A DNA stretch of 64,000 nucleotides from Promethearchaeia archaeon (GTDB lineage: Archaea; Asgardarchaeota; Lokiarchaeia; Sigyniarchaeales; SOKP01), in the NCBI GenBank assembly GCA_029856105.1, contig JAHQWH010000015.1, positions 96,001 to 160,000 on the forward strand. Direction: 5' to 3'. Positions 9,870 to 19,682 of the stretch are shown one piece after another (position 1 is the stretch's first letter; each line of letters opens with the position of its first letter). The notes beneath the pieces were generated by a model. That model was not told the origin of the DNA and made no database searches. It saw only the letters and a list, made by a program, of their open reading frames with translations. A program made the translations under genes and the position numbers.

Positions 9870-10792
9870 GCGTTCCGAATTCAATGCGAGTTGGTCCTTT
9901 TTGTGCAACCGTATTGGCTAAGAAAAAATATTTGCTTTTGTACATTTTTTTAATATGGATAAGTCTACTTCCTGCGATATTGGAAATTTGGTGGTATTGG
10001 CAGATCTTGTGGTACGATTTAAGACCACTTCATTTTTATGTGTTTTTACCTCTTTATTTTATTGTGATGTATATCACAACTGTGTTTGCTGCGATTTTCT
10101 TTGCTAAAATTTTATTAATTATAGTTAATGTCTTTCACAAACCAAGAGAAGGCGTTTTTCTAAGGGATTCCGCAGACAAAGATTATAGATATTGGAGCCT
10201 TAGAAATACGATTAAAAAGTGGCCAACCTGGCTTGCGCATAAATTTCCCTTTCCATTTTTAGACAATATTTGTTTCAAGGTGTTTGGAGTAAAAACAAAA
10301 TTTTCTAACTCTCTTTTTGAAGGTTGGGTGGATACTGAATATATCGAGTTCGGTAAAAATGTAGTTGTTGGTCAGGGTGCCATAATTCAATCTTCGGCTA
10401 TTATAGGAAACTTTTTAATTATTAAAAAAACTATCATTGAAGAAAACGTTAGAATAGGCGCACATGTAATAATTATGCCAGGCACCCATATAGGAAAAAA
10501 CTGCATTTTAAACACTTGGTCGTCTACAATGGTAGGTCAAGAACTAGAAGAAGGTTGGGTGTACAATGGGGGTCCTGCGAAAAAATTCAAGAAAAATAGA
10601 TTTTTTGAAGACATTCCAATCGAAAAACTTACTAAAACCGTTGGAGACCTTGACGGACTATTAAAGAAATACGATGAGCAATATGTTAAGCGGCAAGTCA
10701 AAAAAAAGGTACCTCTCAAAGAAAGAAGAATCCATATAAGAAAAGAAAAATCCGAAGAAAAACCGGAAGAAAAAACTAAAAAAAAGGATTAA
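9866..10792 (+). CDS. Membrane-anchored LbH protein, subunit type C1
   Basis: Two TM helices, IEFGKNVVVGQGAII, IEENVRIGAHVII, YNGGPA; GTGA start/stop overlap. Confidence 0.8.
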   Translation: MSVPNSMRVGPFCATVLAKKKYLLLYIFLIWISLLPAILEIWWYWQILWYDLRPLHFYVFLPLYFIVMYITTVFAAIFFAKILLIIVNVFHKPREGVFLRDSADKDYRYWSLRNTIKKWPTWLAHKFPFPFLDNICFKVFGVKTKFSNSLFEGWVDTEYIEFGKNVVVGQGAIIQSSAIIGNFLIIKKTIIEENVRIGAHVIIMPGTHIGKNCILNTWSSTMVGQELEEGWVYNGGPAKKFKKNRFFEDIPIEKLTKTVGDLDGLLKKYDEQYVKRQVKKKVPLKERRIHIRKEKSEEKPEEKTKKKD

Positions 10793-10794
10793 TC

Positions 10795-11580
10795 ATGAAA
10801 ATTGGTTATGTTCAAACCTCTCCAACCTTTAACGAAAAAACTCAAAACTTTGAACAAGTAAAGAACTTATTAACCAATATCAAAGCAGAATTAATTGTAT
10901 TACCCGAACTTTTCGCAACCGGTTATACATTCATCTCTAAAAAAGAAGCTGAATCTTTATCGGAAGATATTAACGGGCAAACCGCTCAATTTCTAAAGAA
11001 ATTATCAAAAGATACAGGTGGAGTCGTAATTGGAGGGTTTGTTGAAAAAGATGGCGATGAAATATTCAATTCTGCGATGATAGTTTCAAGAAATGAAGTT
11101 ATCGGTACATATAGGAAAATCCATCTATACTATAAAGAAAGCTTATGGTTCTCTCCCGGAAACAAGCCTTTACGAATTTACGAAGTAAACAACATGAAAA
11201 TCGGAATAATAATTTGTTTCGATTGGATATTTCCGGAGACAATTCGTACGCTCACGCTTCTTGGAGCTGATATCATTGCGCATCCCGCTAATTTAGTACT
11301 TCCATATTGCCAAAAAGCTATGATCACTCATTGTTTGGTAAATCGCGTTTTTGCTGTAACTTCTAACAGAATTGGCAACGAAGTAAGGGGAAAAGACGAT
11401 TTTAAGTTTACGGGGGGAAGTCAAATCACGTCTTATAACGGGGACATACTCTCGTCCGCACCAATGGATAAAGTCTACATTAAATTTATAGAAATTGATG
11501 TAATCCACGCGAGAAATAAAAAGCTTAATAGTTATAACGATTTACTAAATGATAGAAGACCAGAATTCTATCTTCAATAA
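10795..11580 (+). CDS. Carbon-nitrogen hydrolase (nitrilase family amidohydrolase)
   Basis: Glu-Lys-Cys triad motifs LPELF, YRKIHL, ICFDW. Confidence 0.92.
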   Translation: MKIGYVQTSPTFNEKTQNFEQVKNLLTNIKAELIVLPELFATGYTFISKKEAESLSEDINGQTAQFLKKLSKDTGGVVIGGFVEKDGDEIFNSAMIVSRNEVIGTYRKIHLYYKESLWFSPGNKPLRIYEVNNMKIGIIICFDWIFPETIRTLTLLGADIIAHPANLVLPYCQKAMITHCLVNRVFAVTSNRIGNEVRGKDDFKFTGGSQITSYNGDILSSAPMDKVYIKFIEIDVIHARNKKLNSYNDLLNDRRPEFYLQ

Positions 11581-11621
11581 TCATAAAAATCTTGAAAATA
11601 ATCCAGATCACATAAAAACAA

Positions 11622-12020
11622 TTATCTTAATTTAGAAAAAACTACTTGGTTCTCCAAGAAACTTATTATCTTTTTGCAAGTTTTTCGAACTATATTCTTA
11701 TTTGGATAAAAAATTTCTGGTCTTGGACATTCGCTATCAAAAACACACGAGTTCTTATCTGAATCGTAAATTAAAGGGTAAAATCGGCATCCTTGAGGTC
11801 TTATCTCGTAAATTTTACATAATTTTGTTTCCCCATCGAAAAAGAAGCAATGTCCGTTAATATTTTTTAATTGATAAAAGTTATCTTCAGTTTTTTGTAC
11901 AAAATCTGTTTTTCTCAAGGTTGTTTTATGACTACTAACGATAACTTCGATGTCTTGGTCAGAGAGAATCATCTCTGTCTCGATACAGCAATTTCCACAA
12001 TCTTCACATCTATTCTTCAT
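11622..12020 (-). CDS. YkgJ-family Cys-cluster (CxxCxxCC) protein
   Basis: CEDCGNCC...CFFF...CKIYEIRPQGCRFYP. Confidence 0.88.
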   Translation of the reverse strand: MKNRCEDCGNCCIETEMILSDQDIEVIVSSHKTTLRKTDFVQKTEDNFYQLKNINGHCFFFDGETKLCKIYEIRPQGCRFYPLIYDSDKNSCVFDSECPRPEIFYPNKNIVRKTCKKIISFLENQVVFSKLR

Positions 12021-12203
12021 ATTATCTTTTCTATTAGTATATGTGATTTTAAGGTTAGTTCTTAATCGTTTTGGTAGTTTTGTTGTTAATATAACTTTAA
12101 AAAGTAAAAAACATATCTATTTTACTGATGTCTAATTTATGATTGAGTAAATAATTGAAAGAACTCACTAAGTAACTTATCAATACTTTTCGTATGATAG
12201 AAA

Positions 12204-14042
12204 ATGCTTGAAGAAATAAAACCAGAATCATTGGATGAATCAGAGGATTCTCAAGAAGCCGTTATTAAAGAAACTGTGAAAATACAATTTAAAATCTACA
12301 TATTAGTATTTGCTTTTATTTACTATTTCTCTTGGATAATCCCTGGTATAATCTTAATGGCATATTTTTTTATGATTTTTCGAGTGTACTTTTTAGATAC
12401 CAGCAATTTTGTTATGCTTTTCACAGAACTGTATCCCCTCCTCTCATTGATTCTAATGCCGCTTTTAATAATAGTTTGTTATCTTATACACCTATTATTA
12501 ATTGGATTAGCAACAAAATTGTTTTGGAGTATTACTGAAAAAATTTCCCCTTCAAAAAATGGTATAATCCCAAGAAACATACAAAGTAAGACGGCAAATT
12601 ATTATCATATGAGAAGTTTCATGATCAAATATGGAAAAAATGTATTTACCAAAGGAATGTTCCCGTGGCTTTCCAATTGGTTCTTTGACTTTGTAGGTTC
12701 AAGCAAAATTGGAAAAGGGTCCACAATTGAAGAATCTGTAGGATCAGATAAATTTATTGATGTTGGGAAAAACTGTTATATCGGTGTAAACGCTACGTTA
12801 GCGTCTCATTTAGTGCAAGGCATATTCGGGAACATATCCTATTTCGAAATAAAGCTTAAAGACAACGTTACCCTCGCTGCGATGAATCAAATTGGTCCAG
12901 GAACCGAAATTGGCAAGGATTCTATTTTATTACCCTTAGCCTCATGTACTAAACACAGCGTATTAAAAGGGGGGAAATATTATGTAGGAATCCCCCTACG
13001 TAAAATTTTCAAAAAAAAAATTTTGGATTATTTAAGTTTGACACCTGAAGACTTAGAGCGAAACGATACTCTTAATGAATTTATTACAAAAAATAAAAAA
13101 GACAAAACTAAAGAAAAAACTAAAGAAAAATCTGAAGAAGATTTTACTGTTAAGCAGGAAAAGGAAGAACCAGTTGATGTAGATTGCCTTACAAAAGAAG
13201 ATCTAGCTTTGGACTTTACAACTAGTAGCGCTATCAGTAGAATAAATGTTAAATTTTTGGCAGTATATGTTCCCATTTTCTGGTTAAGTGGATTAATGGT
13301 AGCAATATATTGGTTTGAATACACAAGATATTTTGGACTAGAAACGATTTTGTTTTTACCAGTCGCAATCTTTTCTATGTTGTACATATTCATCTTAGGA
13401 GTGTTATTTTTTAGTAAAATGCTTTTAATTCTTGTAAATTTAATACATAAACCGCGAGAAGGTATTTTTCTCGCTGAAATTGGAGATAGAGATTACGAGT
13501 TTTGGATGTTGAGAACAGAACTAAAAAAGATCAGCCTCTGGCTAATTAGAAATTCTCCATTTCCTTGGGTAGATGTAATAGCGTTTAAATGGTTTGGAAT
13601 AAATATGGATTTTTCGAGCCATTTAAACGATGCGTGGTGCGATGCCGAATTTGTAAACTTTGGTCGATATAATTTAATTGGACAAGGAGCAACAATTATG
13701 TCCTCGATGGTAGTCGGCAAATACTTAATAATTAAAAAGGTTATAATTGACGATTATGTTATGATTGGCGGTCACACAACTATCGCCCCTGGCACGATAA
13801 TGGGACATGATTCGGTTATGGGCGCTATCAGTTCAACTACATATAATCAAATTTTAGAACCAAATTGGATATATTTTGGAATTCCCGGAATTAAACTAAA
13901 AGAAAATAAATATGCCGAAGAAAGAAGAGATATTATAATAAAGCGCGATGTTGACGAGCAAGTGAAAGTTGAGATGACTTACGAAGTTAATATTGATGAG
14001 GATAAAAAGAAATTAATAAAAACGGAAAATAATAAGGGGTAG
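12204..14042 (+). CDS. Fused A+B membrane LbH protein (A2B2)
   Basis: N-half is paralogous to 8003-8956 (FPWLSNWFF, ASHLVQGIFGNI); C-half is paralogous to 8958-9869 (DFTTSSAI, FSSHLNDAWCDAEF). Confidence 0.85.
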   Translation: MLEEIKPESLDESEDSQEAVIKETVKIQFKIYILVFAFIYYFSWIIPGIILMAYFFMIFRVYFLDTSNFVMLFTELYPLLSLILMPLLIIVCYLIHLLLIGLATKLFWSITEKISPSKNGIIPRNIQSKTANYYHMRSFMIKYGKNVFTKGMFPWLSNWFFDFVGSSKIGKGSTIEESVGSDKFIDVGKNCYIGVNATLASHLVQGIFGNISYFEIKLKDNVTLAAMNQIGPGTEIGKDSILLPLASCTKHSVLKGGKYYVGIPLRKIFKKKILDYLSLTPEDLERNDTLNEFITKNKKDKTKEKTKEKSEEDFTVKQEKEEPVDVDCLTKEDLALDFTTSSAISRINVKFLAVYVPIFWLSGLMVAIYWFEYTRYFGLETILFLPVAIFSMLYIFILGVLFFSKMLLILVNLIHKPREGIFLAEIGDRDYEFWMLRTELKKISLWLIRNSPFPWVDVIAFKWFGINMDFSSHLNDAWCDAEFVNFGRYNLIGQGATIMSSMVVGKYLIIKKVIIDDYVMIGGHTTIAPGTIMGHDSVMGAISSTTYNQILEPNWIYFGIPGIKLKENKYAEERRDIIIKRDVDEQVKVEMTYEVNIDEDKKKLIKTENNKG

Positions 14043-14044
14043 AA

Positions 14045-15004
14045 ATGTCAATTCCTAATACTATGCGCATAGGTCCATTTATACCGACAGTTTTAGTAAA
14101 GAAAAAATATTTACTTTTCTATCTAATTATCGTTTGGTTCAGTTTTATTCCTGTTTTTTTAGAATTTTGGGTTTATTGGCAATTTTTGTGGAATTATAGT
14201 AGACCAATTCACTTTTATACATTCTTACCTCTTGTAATTCTACCAATGTATATTACCCTTGTATTCAGTGCAATTTTTATTGCCAAAATCTTATTTATAG
14301 CCGTTAATGTCATTCAGAAGCCACAAGTTGGCGTATTTTTAAGACATCCAAGCGATAAGGATTATCGGTATTGGTGTATTAGGAATATAATAAAAAGATG
14401 GCCATTTTGGTTAAGTCATCGATTTCCTTTTCCTTTTTTAGACAACATCTGTTTTAAAGCGTTTGGAGTAAAGACAAAATTTTCAAATTCTTTATTTGAA
14501 GGCTGGGTGGATACTGAATTTATTTCGTTCGGACAAAACGTTGTTGTTGGTCAAGGAGCAATCGTACAATCTAGTGTGATTATCGGTAATCTCCTCATAA
14601 TTAAGAGAACTGTTATTGAAGACGATGTTAGAATTGGTTCTCACGCAATAATCATGCCTGGTACTTATATAGGAAAAAGAAGCGTCTTAGCTGCTAATTC
14701 AATAACAACGGTGGATCAAAAACTCGAGGATGATTATATCTACGTAGGAATTCCAGCAAAAAAATTTAAAAGAAATTATTTCTTTGAAGATGGTTTACAA
14801 GATAAAATAGGACAAGTTGAAGATGTAGAAGCTTTAAGGGCAAAATATGAAAAAATTTATACTAAACGCTACGATGAAAAACCAAAATATAAAGAACGAA
14901 AGAAAATAAAAAGAAAGACGAAAGCGCAAGAACAATATTGGTACGGGGTTGAACTAGAAGAGGGAGAAGAAGACGATATGTATGATGATCCATTTAACAT
15001 TTAA
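14045..15004 (+). CDS. Membrane-anchored LbH protein, subunit type C2
   Basis: Paralog of 9866-10792 (MS[IV]PN, FPFPFLDNICFK, FSNSLFEGWVDTE). Confidence 0.85.
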   Translation: MSIPNTMRIGPFIPTVLVKKKYLLFYLIIVWFSFIPVFLEFWVYWQFLWNYSRPIHFYTFLPLVILPMYITLVFSAIFIAKILFIAVNVIQKPQVGVFLRHPSDKDYRYWCIRNIIKRWPFWLSHRFPFPFLDNICFKAFGVKTKFSNSLFEGWVDTEFISFGQNVVVGQGAIVQSSVIIGNLLIIKRTVIEDDVRIGSHAIIMPGTYIGKRSVLAANSITTVDQKLEDDYIYVGIPAKKFKRNYFFEDGLQDKIGQVEDVEALRAKYEKIYTKRYDEKPKYKERKKIKRKTKAQEQYWYGVELEEGEEDDMYDDPFNI

Positions 15005-15162
15005 TTATTAAATTGCCTATTGAATTATCTACTAGTTTGAAAAACATTACGCTTTTAAACATAAACAGCATAATTTATACTAAATTATTATTTTATGTAA
15101 ATCCTAAGAATAATAATTATAAAAGAGAGACAGAATTAGGAAAATTAGATGGAGTTAAGATT

Positions 15163-16284
15163 ATGCCTATTTTAGAGCAACTTAAGGAAGCAACTCAACT
15201 TACAAATCCTTGGATTAATAGCTGGAAAAATGAAGGAAAAAAAGTATTAGGATATTTTTGTTCTTATATTCCCGAAGAGATTATCTACGCTGCAGATATT
15301 TTACCGATCAGGGTTAGAGCAAGAACGTGCACGGATACACCAATGGGAGATGCTTATCTAAGTCCCACCGCATGTAGTTATACAAGATGTTGTCTTGAGC
15401 AAATCAATAGAAAGGAATTTGGATACTTTGATGGAATTGTTTCGTGTAATTGCTGCGACCAGATTAGGAGACTCTACGATAATATAAGATATAAGGCTCC
15501 GTTTTCTTATCATTATATAATGGGAGTTCCCGGTTATGTCAGTGAAATTACATTAGATTGGTTTAAATATGAACTCTCTAAATTTAAAGTAAGTATTGAG
15601 AAAAATTTCAATACTAGTATTACTAACGAAAAGTTAAGTGATACGATTAGATTATTTAACATTTCTCGTAAATTGCTTAAAGAGTTATATGAGCTCAGAA
15701 AACATGAGTCTCCACCTATTACAGGTAGTGATGTATTAAATATCATTTCAGCAGGACTCTCTATTCCGAAAAATGAGTTTAATGCTTTACTGACGCAGCA
15801 ACTTGAGGAGATTAAGAATAAAGAGGGTATTTCTGATTATAAATCGAGAATAATGATAATCGGAAGTATGCTTGACGAACCAGAATATTTACAAATTATA
15901 GAGGATCTCGGCGGATTAGTAGTCACTGATTCGGTATGTTTAGGGACTCGATATTTTTGGGATATGGTTGATGAAACTACGAGTCCTCTTGATGCTCTTG
16001 GAGAGCGTTATTTATCGAAAATCTCATGTCCTCGTATGACTGATGGTCATATGAAAAGAGCGCAATTTATGATGGATATGATTAAAGAGTTTAATGTTGA
16101 TGGAGTAATTTTTCAAAGAATGAAGTTTTGTGCGATATGGTGGGCTGAGATTTTCATGCTTAGGGACAAATTAAAAGAAGAGGGTATTCCATTTCTTGAT
16201 TTAGAAAGAGATTACATATTAAGCGGCGCTGGAGCTATGAAAACTCGTGTTCAAACCTTTATAGAAATTTTAGAAGCGAGGTGA
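15163..16284 (+). CDS. 2-hydroxyacyl-CoA dehydratase / benzoyl-CoA reductase family subunit, beta type (HgdB/FldC/BcrC-like)
   Basis: GYFCSYIPEE, CCDQIRR, SCPRM, MKFC, KTRVQTFIE; ATG start preferred at 15163. Confidence 0.88.
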   Translation: MPILEQLKEATQLTNPWINSWKNEGKKVLGYFCSYIPEEIIYAADILPIRVRARTCTDTPMGDAYLSPTACSYTRCCLEQINRKEFGYFDGIVSCNCCDQIRRLYDNIRYKAPFSYHYIMGVPGYVSEITLDWFKYELSKFKVSIEKNFNTSITNEKLSDTIRLFNISRKLLKELYELRKHESPPITGSDVLNIISAGLSIPKNEFNALLTQQLEEIKNKEGISDYKSRIMIIGSMLDEPEYLQIIEDLGGLVVTDSVCLGTRYFWDMVDETTSPLDALGERYLSKISCPRMTDGHMKRAQFMMDMIKEFNVDGVIFQRMKFCAIWWAEIFMLRDKLKEEGIPFLDLERDYILSGAGAMKTRVQTFIEILEAR

Positions 16285-17609
16285 AAAATTTGGATATAGA
16301 ATTATTTAATAAATATAAAAAACTTGGAAGAGGTAATTGGGGGAAAGATCTTACTATGTGGAAAATGATGTATTTGGGATTTCTAAATCGATATAGAGAT
16401 GAAGAATTTACCCCAGTTTTGGATTTATTACTTAATATCTTCCTTGACCTCCCTAAGGCAAGGAAAGAAGGAAAACTTGTTATAATGCATCCATTTAATT
16501 ATGGTCCTGAATTATTTCACGCAATGAACTTAGCACCTCTTATGCAGGAATTATTTAGTGTTGGATTAGCCCCGTTACATCTTAATGAACCTTATATAGA
16601 TTTTACCAATAAAATTGGATATGGAGACAATCCAACAATCTGTAATGCTCAAAGACCATTGATTGGTTCTTTTATGCAAGGTGTTTCACCAATTCCAGAT
16701 TTACTATTTTTTCTTTCAACGCCTTGTAATTCTCTTGCTATGACTTATCAAGTTTTTGAACATTTAGCTAAAATCCCTGCACATAACATAGATGTTCCCT
16801 ATTGGGCTTATGAACAACAAGATAACGAATTTTATGATGAGAATACTATTGCATATATGGTAAATCAAGTAAAGGATTTAATAATATGGTTAGAAAAAGA
16901 AAAAAAGCAGAAGTTAGATACTGAAAAGCTCCAAGAGACAATGAAAAATGTGAATCAATCAAGGGAATATATATTAGAGTTTAACGAACTTTTAAAAACG
17001 GTTCCTTGCCCAGTACCTAGCCTAGCAGGTTTTGGGAACTTTATTTCCATGGTGACTCGTGGCGGTACTGATGATGCTGTTAAAGCTACCAAATGGCTAC
17101 GTGATTCTGCATTAGAAAATGTAAAAGATGGGATAGCCGGTGTACCTGATGAGAAGATTAGAATTGCTTGGCCTTATACTCATGTCTTCTTTGATGCTGA
17201 CCTTCTCACTTGGTTAGAAGAAACATTCAATGCAGTGGTGATTATGGATATTCTTGGATACTACCAAGTCCTACCTCACGATATATCTACAACAGAAAAA
17301 TGTTATGAGAGTTTAGCTAAGGGAACTTTAGATTTCTCAATGGTGGGAACCTGTCGTGGCCCAATTGAGTATTATATCGAATTTTTATTAAACTATGTAA
17401 AAGAATATAAAATAGATTGTGTGATTATGCCAATGCAATTTGCGTGTAAACACGCATATGCGATGGCTCGAGTTGCTTCTGAAGCTGTGCGAGAACAAAC
17501 AGGAATTCCGGTTTTAATTTTTGGTTGTGATCCTTATGATTCACGAGAAGTAACTTCAGATGCTATAAGAGAGAGGATTTCAGAGTTTCTCACTCAAGTA
17601 GTTTTATAA
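16281..17609 (+). CDS. 2-hydroxyacyl-CoA dehydratase family subunit, alpha type (HgdA/FldB/BcrB-like)
   Basis: TICNAQR, STPCNS, KIDCVI, FACK, GIPVLIFGCDPYD; overlaps upstream stop. Confidence 0.85.
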   Translation: MKNLDIELFNKYKKLGRGNWGKDLTMWKMMYLGFLNRYRDEEFTPVLDLLLNIFLDLPKARKEGKLVIMHPFNYGPELFHAMNLAPLMQELFSVGLAPLHLNEPYIDFTNKIGYGDNPTICNAQRPLIGSFMQGVSPIPDLLFFLSTPCNSLAMTYQVFEHLAKIPAHNIDVPYWAYEQQDNEFYDENTIAYMVNQVKDLIIWLEKEKKQKLDTEKLQETMKNVNQSREYILEFNELLKTVPCPVPSLAGFGNFISMVTRGGTDDAVKATKWLRDSALENVKDGIAGVPDEKIRIAWPYTHVFFDADLLTWLEETFNAVVIMDILGYYQVLPHDISTTEKCYESLAKGTLDFSMVGTCRGPIEYYIEFLLNYVKEYKIDCVIMPMQFACKHAYAMARVASEAVREQTGIPVLIFGCDPYDSREVTSDAIRERISEFLTQVVL

Positions 17610-17627
17610 AGGAGGTTTATTATAGAA

Positions 17628-18401
17628 TTGTTAGTAGCTGGATGTGATGTTGGTTCATTAACAGGAAAAGTTGTAATATTACAGGATGGTGAAATTTTAT
17701 CTTATAGTATTGTTCCTACAACACCTAAACCTGAAAAGACTGCTCAAAATGCGATGGATGCGGCACTTCAAAAAAATAACTTATCTTTGAATGATATCGA
17801 ATTCATTGTAGGGACGGGATATGGTAGGATTAAAATTCCCTTTGCCAATTCTCAAATATCAGAATTGTCATGTCATGGTAAAGGTGCCCACTCGGTTCTC
17901 CCATCAGTTAGAACGATAATTGATGTGGGAGGTCAGGATTGTAAGGTAATTAAAGTGGATAAGAACGGAAAGATTCTGGATTTTGCTATGAATGATAAGT
18001 GTGCCGCAGGAACTGGAAGATTTTTGGAAGTAATGGCTAGAACTCTGGAGCTCAAGCTTGAAGAGCTCGGTCCTATATCTTTAGAATCAAAGAATCAGGC
18101 TAAAATAACTGCTCAATGTAGTGTCTTTGCTGAAACAGAGGTAGTTAGTCTTATGGCTGATGGTATAGAAGTAGCAGATATAGTAGCAGGGATCCACGAT
18201 GCTGTAGCCTCTAGAATTATGTCTCTTGTGTATAGAGTTGGCCTTGAAGAAGATTTGACAATAACTGGAGGAGTAGCAAAGAATATAGGAGTTGTAACCT
18301 ATTTAGAGAAAAGGTTGGGTGTCACATCAAAAAAATTATCGGTTGATCCTCAAATAATAGGAGCTTTAGGAGCTGCTTTAACAGCAAAAGAGCAAAAATA
18401 A
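17628..18401 (+). CDS. CoA-substrate-specific enzyme activase (HgdC/BcrAD-type ASKHA ATPase)
   Basis: GCDVGSLTGK, GTGYGR, IDVGGQDCK, MNDKCAAGTGRFL, CSVFAETE, TGGVAKN. Confidence 0.95.
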   Translation: MLVAGCDVGSLTGKVVILQDGEILSYSIVPTTPKPEKTAQNAMDAALQKNNLSLNDIEFIVGTGYGRIKIPFANSQISELSCHGKGAHSVLPSVRTIIDVGGQDCKVIKVDKNGKILDFAMNDKCAAGTGRFLEVMARTLELKLEELGPISLESKNQAKITAQCSVFAETEVVSLMADGIEVADIVAGIHDAVASRIMSLVYRVGLEEDLTITGGVAKNIGVVTYLEKRLGVTSKKLSVDPQIIGALGAALTAKEQK

Positions 18402-18439
18402 TAAAATATATTTTAAGAAAAGGTCTATTTAATTCTATT

Positions 18440-19681
18440 TCATTTGATTGTTTTCTCAATTAGCTGAGAAATATCGTATGCCTTGATTTCGTCATTTTTA
18501 ATATTAGTTTTGAATTGATTTAGGCAAAATGGGCAAGATGAGACTATTGCTGATGCATCGGTATCTTTAGCTTCTTCAATACGTTCACGAGCAGCGAATT
18601 CTGACAGATCTTTGAACGCAGCTCTCACTCCACCGCCAGAGCCACAACACCACGCATTATGTTTATTTCGATCCATCTCAACGAGTTCAATCCCAGGAAT
18701 TTCTTCTAAAACAGCTCTAGGTTCTTTATACATTCCCATATGACGACCTATATGGCAAGGATCATGGTAGGTTATTTTCATATTAACATTTTGTTTAAAT
18801 TTTATTGTCCCATTTTTTAAGTTTCTTAGTATAAACTCAGGTAAATGTAAGATTTCAATTCCATGCTTAATTCCAAACTTTTTAGGATAAATGTCTTTTA
18901 ACGCTCTATAACATCCAGCACAGGAGGTTATTATCTTTTCTACCCCCGAATTCTTAAACATCTCAACATTATCTTCTGCTATTTTTCTTGCATAATCCAC
19001 TTGACCCGTCATATACACAGGAGAACCACAACAACTTTCGTTTTCAAGAATCTTAAAATCAATACCAAGTGTATTCAATATTCTAACGGTAGAAATAGCA
19101 ATTTCTTTTTCTCGATAACTAGATGTACAGCCAACAAAGTATGCTAATTTTGCGTTTGGAGATTGGAAAGCATCTGAAGGAAACCAATCTTGTCGACTTT
19201 CATTTTTTTCTCCATAGGGGTTATGAAGCTCTTCTACATATTTTGTATACTGTTTTTGTTCGGGCATTGGACCATATCCCGCTCGAACGGCTTCTTCTCT
19301 CATCGCCATTAACCACTCACCAGCATAAGTGTGAAGCTCTGGAATTTGACATTGCTGAGTACACGCTAAACATAAAGAACATTCGTAAAAAATCCGAGCT
19401 AGGTTATCGGTCCATTTAAGTTTATTTTGTTGAATACCCCAAGTAAGTAAATTTTTTCCACCCAAATAGTACGCTTCAAACTGCCCAAATTCACCTGAGG
19501 GACAAACCCGAGCCCAATTGACATCTTGAAAAACAGTTCTACAGGTTCCACATTTCCCACATTGGTATACTATATCCTTATAATGTTCAATCCCTTTATA
19601 CTTATCTAACTTATGATCTTCTTGTTTTAAATCTATTTTTTCTATACCCGTACCTCTTATATATCTAATCTTTTTTGCCAT
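18440..19681 (-). CDS. Fe-S oxidoreductase with 2x[4Fe-4S] and CCG domains (GlcF/HdrD-like)
   Basis: CGKCGTC, CSLCLACTQQC, CCGSP, YHDPCHIGR, CCGSGGG, SCPFC. Confidence 0.9.
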   Translation of the reverse strand: MAKKIRYIRGTGIEKIDLKQEDHKLDKYKGIEHYKDIVYQCGKCGTCRTVFQDVNWARVCPSGEFGQFEAYYLGGKNLLTWGIQQNKLKWTDNLARIFYECSLCLACTQQCQIPELHTYAGEWLMAMREEAVRAGYGPMPEQKQYTKYVEELHNPYGEKNESRQDWFPSDAFQSPNAKLAYFVGCTSSYREKEIAISTVRILNTLGIDFKILENESCCGSPVYMTGQVDYARKIAEDNVEMFKNSGVEKIITSCAGCYRALKDIYPKKFGIKHGIEILHLPEFILRNLKNGTIKFKQNVNMKITYHDPCHIGRHMGMYKEPRAVLEEIPGIELVEMDRNKHNAWCCGSGGGVRAAFKDLSEFAARERIEEAKDTDASAIVSSCPFCLNQFKTNIKNDEIKAYDISQLIEKTIK

Positions 19682-19682
19682 A

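Noticed and set aside
15013-15162. N-terminal extension of the dehydratase ORF in the track (similarly 23947-24000 for AlaX)
   Set aside because: AT-rich intergenic-like sequence; family similarity begins at the downstream ATG
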